Shown here in pieces: positions 20,535 through 32,313 of a stretch of DNA of 64,000 nucleotides. The position numbers and the translations under genes are program-made. The notes under the pieces were generated by a model, which had not been told where the DNA came from, ran no database searches, and saw only the letters and a list, made by a program, of their open reading frames with translations. Position 1 is the first letter of the stretch. Each line of letters begins with the position of its first letter. Origin of the DNA: an uncultured cyanobacterium (GTDB lineage: Bacteria > Cyanobacteriota > Cyanobacteriia > Cyanobacteriales > CAWUOF01); contig CAVUSO010000001.1 of NCBI GenBank assembly GCA_963744145.1, positions 5,760,001 to 5,824,000 of the forward strand. Direction: 5' to 3'.

Positions 20535-20720
20535 CTGGTATATTCCTGCATAAAAAACAAAAATTACTAACTTATGCAGGAATAGTTGACTTTTGGGCGT
20601 TGCTGATTTCATCTCCTGTGTTTTACCCAATTTCGGATCGCTTGTCTAATTGCTAGTCTTCCATTTGGACGAGATTGGTCAATGATGGAGGGAATTTCTT
20701 GCACTCGCAACATTGGAAAA
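20464..20720. repeat. Direct repeat copy A (tauD 3' end plus Uma2 3' end); copy B at 23817-24047
   Basis: Near-identical sequence at both positions apart from a short indel. Confidence 0.9.
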
Positions 20721-20807
20721 TTTTACTTTGCCTCTTCAAACAAATCTTGGGAAATATAGCCGCGATCGCCAAATATTTGGGTGATATCAATGCGTGATAT
20801 AATGCGA

Positions 20808-22551
20808 TCACAGAATCGGTTTAATAAATTCCATAATACCAGTATCATCAAACTCATTGGCTAAATCAATCAACCGAGTAACAAAAGGTTTATAGTCAGG
20901 GTTCAACTGTTCTAACCGATTAGCCTCATTTAATACCATATCCATATCACCAATTCGACTAGCTTGATAGATTTGTTCTAGTTCCGGTGCTGATGGGAAT
21001 ATCATTTTTTGTTCGTTTACTGCTTCTACTTCTTCATAGTTCCAAGTCAGTTGTAAATGAGTTGCTAAGAGATTAAGTAAATCTGGAGCATTAACTGGTT
21101 TGGCGAGAAAATCATCACCACCCGCGTCTAAGCTCATTTGTTGATCTATTTGAGCTACTGAAGCTGAGGAAACTAATACTTTTGTATATTTTAAATCTTC
21201 ATCGTTACGTAACTGTTTAAGAAACTCAAAACCATCCATTATTGGCATTGATAAATCTGTAATTACTAAATCAGGTAAGTTTTCTCTGGTTTTATCTAAA
21301 CCTATTTGTCCATTTTCAGCGACCATAACTATAAAACCAATCGGTTCTAATAAATTGACTATTACCGCCCTATTTTCCCAGCGATCGTCTATAATTAATA
21401 TCTGTTTTGGCTCCCCCTTATAACTAATAATATTACCAACAGGGTTTGTTTGTTTTTGTACCCATTCGACATTTAAGGGTAATTCTACTTCAAAAAAGAA
21501 TTTACTCCCTACTCCCAATATACTCTCAACCTTAATTTGTCCTCCCATTAATTGGACAATTTGCTGACTGATAGCTAACCCTAGTCCTGTACCTTCAGCT
21601 TGACGCGCGCGATCGCCTACTTGTTGAAAAGCTTGGAATAATTTCTGGATATTTTCTTCACTAATACCAACTCCCGTATCGATCACAGAAAAACGTAGGT
21701 AAATAAAAGAATTTGGATCAATATTTGAGTTTAATCGCTCTACTTTTAAAGTAACACTACCTTGATCAGTAAATTTAATCGCATTACCTAAGAGATTAAT
21801 TAATACCTGACGCAATCTTTTTTCATCAGCAATAACCCCATTAGGTAAGTTAGGATCTGGTGTGTAATAAAAATCAATACCTTTTTGTTGGGCACGGATT
21901 TGAGATATTTCTCCAACTCCTTGTACCAGTGAGGGTAAATGAATGGCACTAGGAACAAGTTCAAGTTTACGGAAGCTCTCAATTTTGGCAATATCAAGAA
22001 CATCATTGATTAAAGTTAATAAATGAGAACCGCACTGATGAATAACATTAACTCCATGTTTTTCCTGATTTGGAATAGATTTAGAACGTCCTAAAATTTG
22101 AGCATAACCTAAAATACCATTTAAGGGTGTTCGTAATTCATGACTCATACTAGCAAGAAATTCACTTTTAGCTTGATTAGCACTATCAGGTACTGAGATG
22201 AGGATAAATTTGCATTTGCTCCCACATTTGCGCTTCACCTTTGGCTCCACTAACATCAATTACACCTCTGGCAAAAGCAGAAGTGTTAAGACGATTGACA
22301 GCATAGGGAATTTCTGTATAGATTTTTAGTTTTTCCTCAATGCGCTGCGATAATTCTGAGCGTAATTGGCTAGCAACCTCATTGACAGCTTTTTGCCCAT
22401 TGCGTAAAGATAACCATCCAGTCAATCCCACAGCAGCAAAGATTTGAATAATAAATGGAGCAATTAGTATTAGTCTTAGCGGAATTAAACGAAATTTAGG
22501 CGATCGTTTAGTAGAATTAAGCTCTGAGTCTGAATTTTTCACTTTAACCAT
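20808..22551 (-). pseudogene. Hybrid histidine kinase/receiver with an internal deletion of the sensor region
   Basis: N-terminal TM fragment (LRLILIAPFIIQIFAAVGLTGWLS) is joined out of frame directly to [33 protein letters not shown]. Confidence 0.75.
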
Positions 22552-22817
22552 GTCTGATGTACTAGCTGCGTTTGATTATTTAGTTTCCATAGTAATTTGG
22601 ACTAGGGTATTTTATGACTAAAATACACCAATATTTGGTTTTTAGTCTTGAATGCGATCGCTGCCAATATTCCGAATTAAAGCCACATTAAATCTACAAT
22701 TATTGATCCGAGCCAATTTCAGATGATCGAAAAGAAAGGCAAAACTTGGTATTTCGATTATGGTGAAGTATTTTACAATAATACGGGTAAACACTAATAT
22801 ACCACAAGGTAACAAGA

Positions 22818-23559
22818 ATGGGCTTTAAATACATTGATGGACTGGCAACCGCTGAGAACGTTAATAAGCTACTATCTTTAGTGGATATGGTTGCTGGCGC
22901 AAGAGTTGATCCACAAAATGTATTCGATATTGAAGATGTTTTGACTAATGGCCCACAGATGGAAAAATGCTTGCAAACTGTGTGTCAAAACTCTGATTCC
23001 GTTAAATTGCTGAACGAGCGTTATCTGGGACCAGATTTCAATCTGGAATCGTTGCTCCAATTACCCAAAGGCTCGTTGGGTTGGACCTATGGAAAAGTTT
23101 TGAGTGCAATGGAGTACGATCTCCACTTCTATCGCATTCGGGAGATTAAATCAGATGTAGATTATATCACCCACCGTATTCGCAAAACCCATGACTTGCA
23201 CCACATCTTGACGGGTTTTAGCTTTGATGATCGTGGTGAGTTCGGTGTTATTTCTGTCACAATTGGTCAGATTAAATATCCAGCATTCCAGCTAGTTTGT
23301 TTAATTGGCTCATTATTATCATTTGCGATCGACCGTCCACGAGAAGGCGTCGATGACCCATTGGAATTCAACTTTGACCTAGTTACCCAAGGAATCCGTA
23401 TTGCACGACAAGCGAAGCCTCTGTTCCCAGTAAAATTTGAGGAGGGATTAGAACGTCCCCTTGATCAATGGCTGGGCTGAGTTGAATATTGTGCCTGTGA
23501 CTGAAGGAGTTTGGAGTTGGTATAGCAATCCCAAATTGAGAGCTGCGATCGCTGCATAA
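22818..23559 (+). CDS. Coq4-like protein, +1 frameshift near 23473
   Basis: LPKGSLG..Y, RKTHDLHHILTGF...GE; after ERPLDQW the sequence AELNIVPVTEGVWSWYSNPKLRAAIAA* continues in the +1 frame. Confidence 0.82.
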
Positions 23560-23816
23560 TGCAGCAACTGGTCTTGAACCTACCCTAACTAAAATCTTTG
23601 AATTAGTTGGGGTAAAAAACAAATTATTATTCTTTTTCTGATTGGTCGGTTAGTTTATCATAAAAATAAGGATCGGAAATCCATTGTTCAAAGGCAAATT
23701 CTAACAAACCGTTTGGCGAAAGCTTAAACATCCAATAAAACGAAGTTGTCATCACCGCCCTGCAAAAGTTGCAGTTAGCATTGGAAGCAGATAAGTTGAA
23801 AGAATCGCCCTCCCTT

Positions 23817-24047
23817 GGGAAATTGTCCAAGGAAATTCTTCTGATTATATTCCTGCTCGTAATGTTACTGCCGAAGTAGCTGTTTAACTGGTATATTCCT
23901 GCATAAAAAACAAAAATTACTAACTGTTGCTGATTTCATCTCCTGTGTCTTACCCAATTTCGGATAGCTTGTCTAATTGCTAGTCTTCCATTTGGACGAG
24001 ATTGGTCAATTATGGAGGGAATTTCTTGCACTCGCAACATAGGAAAA
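23817..24047. repeat. Direct repeat copy B of 20464-20720
   Basis: Repeats the last ~70 nt of tauD and overlaps the 3' end of the intact Uma2 gene. Confidence 0.9.
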
Positions 24048-24562
24048 ATTGAGCTAGTTTCTACTTCTACATATTGCTCATTTTGAAGTTGATAAATTTT
24101 CAATTTGCCAGAATTGTAACTCCAAATTTCTGGTACACCTAAACGGGCATAAATGGGAAAGCGATTTAAAGATTTATTGGTTAAATCGATTTCTAAAGCT
24201 AAATCAGGAGGTGGATCTTGATTCAAGTCAAACTTTAATTGACCTCGTACTCTGGCTTCATTTTGAAAATAAAAGCAGTTATCGGGTTCAATTCCGGCTT
24301 GGCTAATTTCCCGTTTCCAAGTAGCCGATCCGTAATTTTCATAATTGATTGCTAGTTCTTCTGATATGTCTTTAATTGCATCCCCAATGGATTCTTTGTA
24401 ATACTCATGTTCAGGTAATGGGGTCATAATTTCCAAAGTTCCGTTATCGTAAGCAACTCGTGCAGCACGAGTTTGACCTAAGTCAATTAGTAAATTTTCA
24501 AATTGCTGCCAACTAATATCTTGTAAAATCACGCGATCGGCACGGTGTTCGGTCAGTTGCAT
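23936..24562 (-). CDS. Uma2 (DUF820) family endonuclease-like protein
   Basis: ISWQQFE, YDNGTLEIMTP.PEHE, EPDNCFY, PPPDLALEIDLT, YARLGVPEIW. Confidence 0.93.
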   Translation of the reverse strand: MQLTEHRADRVILQDISWQQFENLLIDLGQTRAARVAYDNGTLEIMTPLPEHEYYKESIGDAIKDISEELAINYENYGSATWKREISQAGIEPDNCFYFQNEARVRGQLKFDLNQDPPPDLALEIDLTNKSLNRFPIYARLGVPEIWSYNSGKLKIYQLQNEQYVEVETSSIFPMLRVQEIPSIIDQSRPNGRLAIRQAIRNWVRHRR

Positions 24563-24658
24563 AAGCTTTTTTCATCCCGTCTGACAAACAATTACTATAT
24601 GATCATTTTACTTTGGCTCCAATCTACAAAGAAGTTGGGGCAATCTAGTAGATTTAGC

Positions 24659-25529
24659 AAGCATGACCGAGTTCGTGCAGAAAAGTCACTAGCATGATTA
24701 AAACCGCCAAAGTCAAGACCGTGGTCGAGCCGCCGATGGCCCAAACTGTTTGATTCGATGCGATCGCTTCTTCCGCCGAATCTAGCCATACGGCGATCGA
24801 GGAGGTAATAAATGCACAAAGGATAAATCCAATTGGCCAAGTCCAAATCCAGCGTAATTTGTCGATATGTTTGGTGAGCCAAACATCGGGATTAAAGACT
24901 GGAATTTGATAATAGAATAGTTGCATTAAATTGAATTTTTTCGGAGGTTTTTGTGGATTTATTCCTTCCAGCATCCCCGATGCTGCTAACATTTGGAGGA
25001 GATATTGCAGTTCCTCTAAGGTAATGTCGTATTGATTCGCGATCGCGGGAATTGATATTAGCTGCAATTGGGAAATTATCTCCTTATCAAAATTATCTAT
25101 TTGCAGATTAGTCAGGTTTTCCGGATTGCGAAGTATCCAATAATCCTCGGGGTGATATATCCATTCCAAGCTTGATTTTAATTGAATACCATTATTAGTT
25201 ACCTGGGGTGAAACCGCATCGGATACAGGTTTTTCTCCTTCTATTTCTGGGGGAGTTAGTAAGATTTCCCAATCAGTTAATTGCTGAAGCAATTTGACAA
25301 TAAATTCGGCAGGAATAAACTTATTGAAATGAGAGCGACAACGGTTTAAAACTTGACGAGCCGTATATTTTCCCGTAAAGTGTTTTAAAGCATAGCCTTC
25401 TATCGCTTCAAATTGATAGCGACGATTTCCGATTTTCGCTTGTAAGATTACTTGACCTGAATGATATAGTTAGTCATCTATTTGCCAATGAGCAGATAGA
25501 TCGGGACAAATAAGTTCTAGGTTATCCAT
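24659..25529 (-). pseudogene. Truncated copy 1 of the RRE-like/M50 peptidase
   Basis: Near-identical to 38032-38902; CAA>TAA at 25470-25472; similarity ends right after HELGHA. Confidence 0.88.
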
Positions 25530-25839
25530 TGAAGTAACTGTATTGATGTACTGTCAAAAAAAAAATAACTTGCGGTAATCCTTTACTGAGCCAGAAAATA
25601 GATATTTTAGGATCATCTATTTACTACTTGGAGGGGAAAGGAATACTTAGTCAATCGTTCAAATATTTCCGACAGTTTTTGAGTTCAAAAGGTAGAATGT
25701 TCAAAATCGATCTATCCCCTGAAAATCAAGGGATTGCCACTAGGATCTCAAAACTATCCAAGCTATTAAGTTAAAGCTTTTGGCCAAAACTTATCATCCG
25801 AATACAGAATAACTTAACTATGAGCAGAAAACCAGCAAA

Positions 25840-25937
25840 TTAATATAAAGTTTCTGTAAACCTATTATCAAGATTATGTAAAGTTCCTAAAAATATTCAG
25901 CTAACATCTTGACATTACAAATGAATTTTTCTAGCAT
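25840..25937 (+). promoter_or_regulatory. Promoter of S8 gene copy 1: TTGACA-N17-TAGCAT with upstream 11-bp-period direct repeats
   Basis: -35 at 25909-25914, -10 at 25932-25937; four repeats at 25840-25883; conserved in copy 2. Confidence 0.65.
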
Positions 25938-27895
25938 AGCGGCATCCAGTTATGTGAGGAAACGACAGCTCACTGGATGGCCAAATTTTCTGAAATTAGG
26001 GGTGGATATGGCATTCTCATCTCAGGGTAAACAAGCATCTTCAGGTCAAGGTTTGGGAAAATCAACCAAAAAACGCCACATTCGACGGCGGAGTTTCATT
26101 TTAGAGGAAATTAATACCCCTAGCGCCCTGATTCCCGGTGGGTTATCTGAATGGAATCCCCTCAAGCATATCCTCGAAACATTCTCACACTTAGGTTTAC
26201 ATTTACCAATTAATTTACATTTTTTGGCCTTAGACGGTGGTACTTGTCCCACCACCCCATCAACCAATGACCCAGGAGTCCCGTTACCAGATTTTGACCC
26301 TTTAGGATTAAGACATAATGGAGTTCCCCCTCAGACACCATTTAATCTTGATAGTGCGATCGTAACTCTACCCCCTCCCACTACTATCCTGATCGATCCA
26401 CCAGGAACAGGTTCAGGTAATGTAAATAATCCTGTTACGTTAGATCCGAAACAGTTTGATTTTCCTTTATCTTCTCAGCCATTAGTTGGTGATATAGATA
26501 CAGGATTAAATGCCAATAATCCCTATTTTAACTACAATAATATTAAGGAAGGATATAATTATGTCGATAATACTAATAGTTCCTTAATTCAATCAGGTAA
26601 TCAACATGGTACTTTTACCTTTGGGATTATTGATTCAATTAATCAAACCGCACCAAAATGGGTAGGAGATGCGATCGGTTCTGGTAAATGGGCTGATTCT
26701 TTAGTAGATTTTGTGAATGCGGCTAAAGCATCTGGGCAAAAGAATGCGATCGTCAATCTTAGTTTAGATTTAACTCAGAAAAACCCTGATGGAACGGTAA
26801 CAACACGCTATGAATTGACACCTGAAGAAAGAGCAGCTTTAGAATATGCTCGTCAAAATGGAGTTCTGATCGCAGTAGCCGCAGGAAATGACGGTGGAGT
26901 AATGTCTGTTTTAGGACAAGCTTCCCAGGAATTTGACAATATTATTACAGTTGGTTCTGGAGATACTAACGGTCGCGATTCTTATTCAAGTCACGGTTAC
27001 GGTTTAGATATTTTAGCAGACGGTGGCACAAGTGAAAATCCCGTTTACTCAACCGAGGGAAGTGGCTTAGGAACAATGGCTGGAACTTCTGTAGCAACAG
27101 CTAAGGTAACAGGAGCAGCATCATTAGTTTGGGCAGCAAATCCCAATCTAAGCTATCGTCAAGTTATTGATATTTTGGAGAAAACTGCGAAGGATTTAGG
27201 AACATCAGGATGGGATCAAGATACAGGTTTTGGACTATTAAATGTAGTAGCAGCAGTGCAATTGGCAAAAAATACTACACCAGAAGTACAAGCTACACCT
27301 CCAATTTTTACACCAACAACTTGGGGGGGTGAAGGAAAAGTTACGCCGTTAGAACGAGCTGCTTCAGATATTCCAGAATCTTGGCAGATGAGTAGTTCGG
27401 CGAAAGGAGCAGGACAAATTGCAGTTAGTCGCGATCAAGATGGTCGTCTTGAAGCATTTACAATTGGCTCTGACAATAAGGTTTATCATGCTTGGCAAAC
27501 TTCTCCTAATGGTGATTGGTCTAACTGGAGTGAGATGTCTGGAGAAACTGCTAAGAGTCTAACTGTAGCTCGAAACCAAGATGGTCGTTTAGAAGTGTTT
27601 GCAATCAACACAGATGGTAAGGTTTATCACAACTGGCAAACAACTCCTAATGGTAGTTGGGATAACTGGGACCTTCTAGCTAATAGTGTTGATGCTCAAG
27701 ATTTAACCATAGGTCAAGACGCCGATGGTCACTTAGAAGCTTTTGCGATCGATACAAATAATCAAGTTATTCACACTTGGCAAGGTCCAGGTGGTTGGAG
27801 TGACTGGGGACCGATTGCAGGTGGTAGTGCCAAAAGTATTACCGTAGGTCGCAATCCAGATGGTCGTTTGGAATTATTTACAATTGATACAGATG

Positions 27896-29470
27896 CAATA
27901 CTCCGGACAAAATTAAACTGCAATCGCACCGTAGGAAAGTAGTTCTGAGTAATTGGGATGGCTTTTGATCAAAGTCGGCTCCAAATCTAACTTCAAAATA
28001 AATTGTTCCAAAAGATGCGCGTTGAAGGCTTGGCGTTTATAAGTAGCCATAGAAAAGATAAAGGGCTCATCTTCTTGATGGTTTAATCTGGCTGATAATT
28101 TGGCAATATTCAAAGCTGTCAGACTAGCATTAAAATGAAAATCTAATTTGGCCGCATCACGGGCTTGACAATCCACTAATCCTGTAAACTGTTTAGCATC
28201 ACGAAAAATAAATTCAATCTGAAAACGAGCCTGATAATACTCGTAAATTTCCAGGGCGGTCAGCGACAAATCTGTTGAAAACAAAATTAGATAACCAGTT
28301 TTGTCAGGCTGACGCTGATCAACAACCACGACAATTTTAATGTTTCTCTCTAAGGAGACATGATTAACTATCGCACTATAAATATTAACTGATTTCTCAA
28401 CTTCCTGGCCCCAAGTCAAACGACTTAAATTAGTGAAATTGACTTTTCCTGCATAGAGACGTGGGCGACCACGCTCTTTTTGTTCACCCTGATATAAATA
28501 ACGCATATTGGCATCAATCCGCAATTTACCTAGGTAATGAAAATTGACAGATATCACCCCATCAACAAACTTTTTTTTACTATAGTACCCATCAGCTACT
28601 AGGTGGCGTATATCCGATGGAATATAGCTTTGAGCTCTTTTTAGTTGCTCTAAATACTGATCTACTCTTGTAGCTTCATCCTCTTGATTGTCCGATGTTT
28701 TCGGACTAGATTTTCGGGATTTTTTCTGATTTTTTCCTGGCGATTTTTTGGTGGTTTTTCTTGGTGATTCTGTGGGCAAAGATGGTGATGTTTGCTGAAC
28801 AGATAAAGCATAAGCCGTGTTGATATCTAAATCAATAAGTGCGAGCAGAGAAATTTCTAACCCCCGTTCTGCTTGGCTCTTACTACTATTATAGAAATAA
28901 TCTTTTCCATAGGTTTTTTTACCACTTTTTTGAATAAATGAACAGTCCATTGCTAAAATTTTTCGACTCGTGACCGCTAGGGCTAATTGCAGGAGTTGTT
29001 TATTTAACTCCAAAAAATTGAAGGAGCGCTGAAAATGGCGTCGATAAGTTTTTTCGTTTAACTGCGAGTAACGACTTAAATTAGTAAAATTGACTTTACC
29101 ATAGACTAACAAGATAGTTGTCATTAAGGTTAAGAAAAATTTTTTTTGAGCTTTACTAATCCCAGCAAGTTGAGTTAAGATGTTTTCTAGAAAATTCATA
29201 ATTATCGGTCGGGTCGAATTTACATAGTAAATTCTCTCACGATCGATATTTTTTTGGTGATCTCAGTAAGGAAAAAATTGCGCCCAATCCGTTCGGTTGC
29301 CTGATTTGGCCAGAAAATTGTTCAAGTAGAAAACGATTCAGAATCGAAAATATCTGCCAAATCAGGTTTTCGGCTAGTCCCAGTCTGTCTTTTGGCTATT
29401 GGCCGAAAACTATTGGTTAGTCAATTATACCTATAAATAATTTTCTCTCACCAAAGTGTCCGGAGTATTG
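27896..29470 (-). mobile_element. IS element, 1575 bp (IS4-like DDE transposase)
   Basis: 14-bp perfect TIRs CAATACTCCGGACA / TGTCCGGAGTATTG; 7-bp TSD ACAGATG (27889-27895, 29471-29477). Confidence 0.92.
27913..29199 (-). CDS. DDE transposase
   Basis: [31 protein letters not shown] (YREK-like motif). Confidence 0.92.
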   Translation of the reverse strand: MNFLENILTQLAGISKAQKKFFLTLMTTILLVYGKVNFTNLSRYSQLNEKTYRRHFQRSFNFLELNKQLLQLALAVTSRKILAMDCSFIQKSGKKTYGKDYFYNSSKSQAERGLEISLLALIDLDINTAYALSVQQTSPSLPTESPRKTTKKSPGKNQKKSRKSSPKTSDNQEDEATRVDQYLEQLKRAQSYIPSDIRHLVADGYYSKKKFVDGVISVNFHYLGKLRIDANMRYLYQGEQKERGRPRLYAGKVNFTNLSRLTWGQEVEKSVNIYSAIVNHVSLERNIKIVVVVDQRQPDKTGYLILFSTDLSLTALEIYEYYQARFQIEFIFRDAKQFTGLVDCQARDAAKLDFHFNASLTALNIAKLSARLNHQEDEPFIFSMATYKRQAFNAHLLEQFILKLDLEPTLIKSHPNYSELLSYGAIAV

Positions 29471-30069
29471 ACAGATGGTAAGGTTTATCACAACTGGCAA
29501 ACAAGTCCTAATGGTAGTTGGGATAATTGGGGCCTTCTAGCTAATAGTGTTGATGCTCAAGATTTAACCGTAGGTCAAGATGCTGATGGTCACTTAGAAG
29601 CTTTTGCGATCGATACAAATAATCAAGTTATTCACACTTGGTACGGTCCAGGTGGTTGGAGTAACTGGGGACCGATTGCAGGTGGTAGTGCCAAAAGTAT
29701 TACAGTAGGTCGCAATCCAAATGGTAGTTTGGAGCTATTTACAATTGGTACAGATGGTAATGTTTATCACAACTGGCAAACAACTCCTAATGGTAGTTGG
29801 GATAACTGGGGTCTTCTAGCTAATAGTGTTGATGCTCAAGATTTAACTGTAAGTCAAGATGCTGATGGTCACTTAGAAGCTTTTGCGATCAACACAGATA
29901 ATAAAGTTATCCATACTTGGTACGGTCCAGGTGGTTGGAGTAATTGGGGACCGATTTCATCCAGTTCATTGCCTTCTAATAACTCCAATAGCAATAATTC
30001 CTCTGATATTCATTATGTTAATTTCTCTGGTTCTGTTGGGCCGGATATTGGGGTTAACTTGCGTTATAG

Positions 30070-32313
30070 CCCACATTCCGCACCCTGAACTGTCACAATT
30101 CGTAATTACTGAAATAAACCTCTATCAAAGCTGAAATTTTGGCCCACTATCGTCAAAAAAGAGGTTTTTAAACCTTGATGGTCAGGTCATCAATCTCTAG
30201 TTTATTAATAATTATTAGCAATAAGTAGAAAATGAGGATTTCGGCCCGTTTTTTCAATAAATTTTGGTGTTGACTAGCTCTCTTAACTCAGTTTTGTTAG
30301 TTAATAACTGAACAATCTCTAGTTAAGATAGGTTAATTCTTAGCTCTTAATTAAATTCAAGAACTCATTCAAGCTAAATATATTTATGCTATATTAGCAA
30401 GAGGATTAAGTGATAAATTTATAGTAGCGCCGACAATCTTCTGGTAGCAGGGTCAGGATAAATTCACGTTCATTACTCCAATTAGATACTTGTTGTTGTT
30501 GTTGAAATGTGACCAGGTGAATTGCTTGAAAGCATTGAAATATCCATTTAGCTGTTGGACGGTCTGTTGCTTTCCCTAACTGATTTTTTATGGTTGATTT
30601 TGCTGCTGATAAAGCGGCTCGTATTTGTCTTTGTGCTAGGGTATAAACCAGTAAACCTAGCCCCATAATTGCTGCTAATGATTCGATGCGTTCGGGACTT
30701 TTCAGATAAACACTATCTGCAAAAAATGTGGGATCTTTAAGAAAACCAAATCCTCTTTCACAGGATTGCTGTGCCTTATACTCAGTCAGCATTGCCTCAT
30801 TACTAATTTCGCTTTCTGCTAAAACGTTCGTCGCAATTATGAATCTACCTGCACTGTTAGTTTCTTGTTCAATTTGGCTTTTATCCTCGGTAAAACTGCC
30901 GAGAATTTGATAACACTTTTTTTGACTTTTATCTAATTTATCTGGTCTGATTTCCCTGACTTCTTTTGGTTCAATTTGATGATATTTAAAGGATTTCGAT
31001 AGGTGAGTTAATGCCTTGACTGCATCAGCTTTACAGGCAAATCTATCTTGGGATAATTTTCCTAATTCGCTGTTCAGTTTGGTGGCGGATTTACTAATTT
31101 TCTGTGATAATTTCCGTAAATCTGATTCTCTTCTTTCTTGACTTTCCACAACTAGCCATCTTTGCTTTATCCCACCATAAGTCTGCTCTTTTGCCGCCCA
31201 TGAATATCCAACTAATTTGCTTTTAGTAAATTCTGAATCTGGCAAATTTGCTACTAATTCTTGGGCTAATTTTATCTTTAACGGTACTCGGCTTAACCAC
31301 TTAATTTCCGACATTAATTTGAGATTATCTTCTGTATATAAGGCACAATCAGCTACGATTAAACTATCTACTTTTATTTGATTTTTATAATCAATTGCTA
31401 TCTTCGCAAAGCATGATGAGTCGGCTTGATTTCCTGACGCTGCTTTTAAAAATATTGGGATATCTCCATCCCCGGTACATACTAATTCTATTAAAAATTG
31501 TTTTAAATCAGGTCTATGGTCACGGGAATAACCGTAATTTATTTTGATTGGTTGTCGCGATTTTATTTGGGGCTCTCCTTGGTCTGACAATTCTGGCTGA
31601 CTAAATATTATCTCTGGTAATTCTTGATGATATTCCCCATGTACGTGAATTGACGATGAGTCTAGATGGGATGTATTTAAAGATATATCAAACTTTTTAA
31701 CTGCATTTAAAGTAATTGCTAAAAATATTGTATCCAGTCCTTTACTATATAGTTTATCCATCACTCTTCCCAGTTTATCGTCATTTAAATATTCGGGCTT
31801 TACCCCGGCTCCTATTAAATGTTCACAGGGAATTGATTCAAAAAATTTCGGAAACATATATAATGGTTTAGAAATAAATCCTAACCCATTGATAATCATT
31901 GCTTTAACTGCTTGTCCAGCAGTAACTTTTTCTCCCGATTCTATCCCGATTAAATTATTAATTATTTCTACTATTCCAATCGTATCTACTATTCCTGCTA
32001 CTAACCCCAGATGGTCGATATTCTGAATTTTAATATCGTTTATGTCTACCATAGTTACCCAATTTAACGAGCCAATTTTTGGTTCAATTATCGCATTTTT
32101 AGGCTCGATTGCAATTAATTTTTTTACTCTTTCATTTTCCGGACTTCTGCTACGGTTAATCTCTCAATAACCCAGGGCCTCTTTCTGCTCATAAATCTAG
32201 TTTAATAAAATTTATTCTCATTAATCTCATTTATGATCTTTTTGAGCCAACTTTCTTCGTCCCCAATTTTTACCCTTTTATTAAGATGTGCCAGTGAGGG
32301 TGCGGAATGTGGG
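30070..32313 (-). mobile_element. IS1634-family element, 2244 bp
   Basis: 17-bp TIRs CCCACATTCCGCACCCT / AGGGTGCGGAATGTGGG; 6-bp TSD TTATAG (30064-30069, 32314-32319). Confidence 0.93.
30406..32052 (-). CDS. IS1634-family transposase
   Basis: IDHLGLVAG, LNDDKLGRVMD, HLDSSS, GYSRDHRPDLKQ, YKAQQSCERGFGFLK. Confidence 0.92.
   Translation of the reverse strand: MVDINDIKIQNIDHLGLVAGIVDTIGIVEIINNLIGIESGEKVTAGQAVKAMIINGLGFISKPLYMFPKFFESIPCEHLIGAGVKPEYLNDDKLGRVMDKLYSKGLDTIFLAITLNAVKKFDISLNTSHLDSSSIHVHGEYHQELPEIIFSQPELSDQGEPQIKSRQPIKINYGYSRDHRPDLKQFLIELVCTGDGDIPIFLKAASGNQADSSCFAKIAIDYKNQIKVDSLIVADCALYTEDNLKLMSEIKWLSRVPLKIKLAQELVANLPDSEFTKSKLVGYSWAAKEQTYGGIKQRWLVVESQERRESDLRKLSQKISKSATKLNSELGKLSQDRFACKADAVKALTHLSKSFKYHQIEPKEVREIRPDKLDKSQKKCYQILGSFTEDKSQIEQETNSAGRFIIATNVLAESEISNEAMLTEYKAQQSCERGFGFLKDPTFFADSVYLKSPERIESLAAIMGLGLLVYTLAQRQIRAALSAAKSTIKNQLGKATDRPTAKWIFQCFQAIHLVTFQQQQQVSNWSNEREFILTLLPEDCRRYYKFIT

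Noticed and set aside
25909..26007. TTG starts at 25909 and 39282 for the S8 proteins
   Set aside because: The TTG is the -35 box TTGACA; ATG 26008/39381 follows an AGGGG RBS-like sequence
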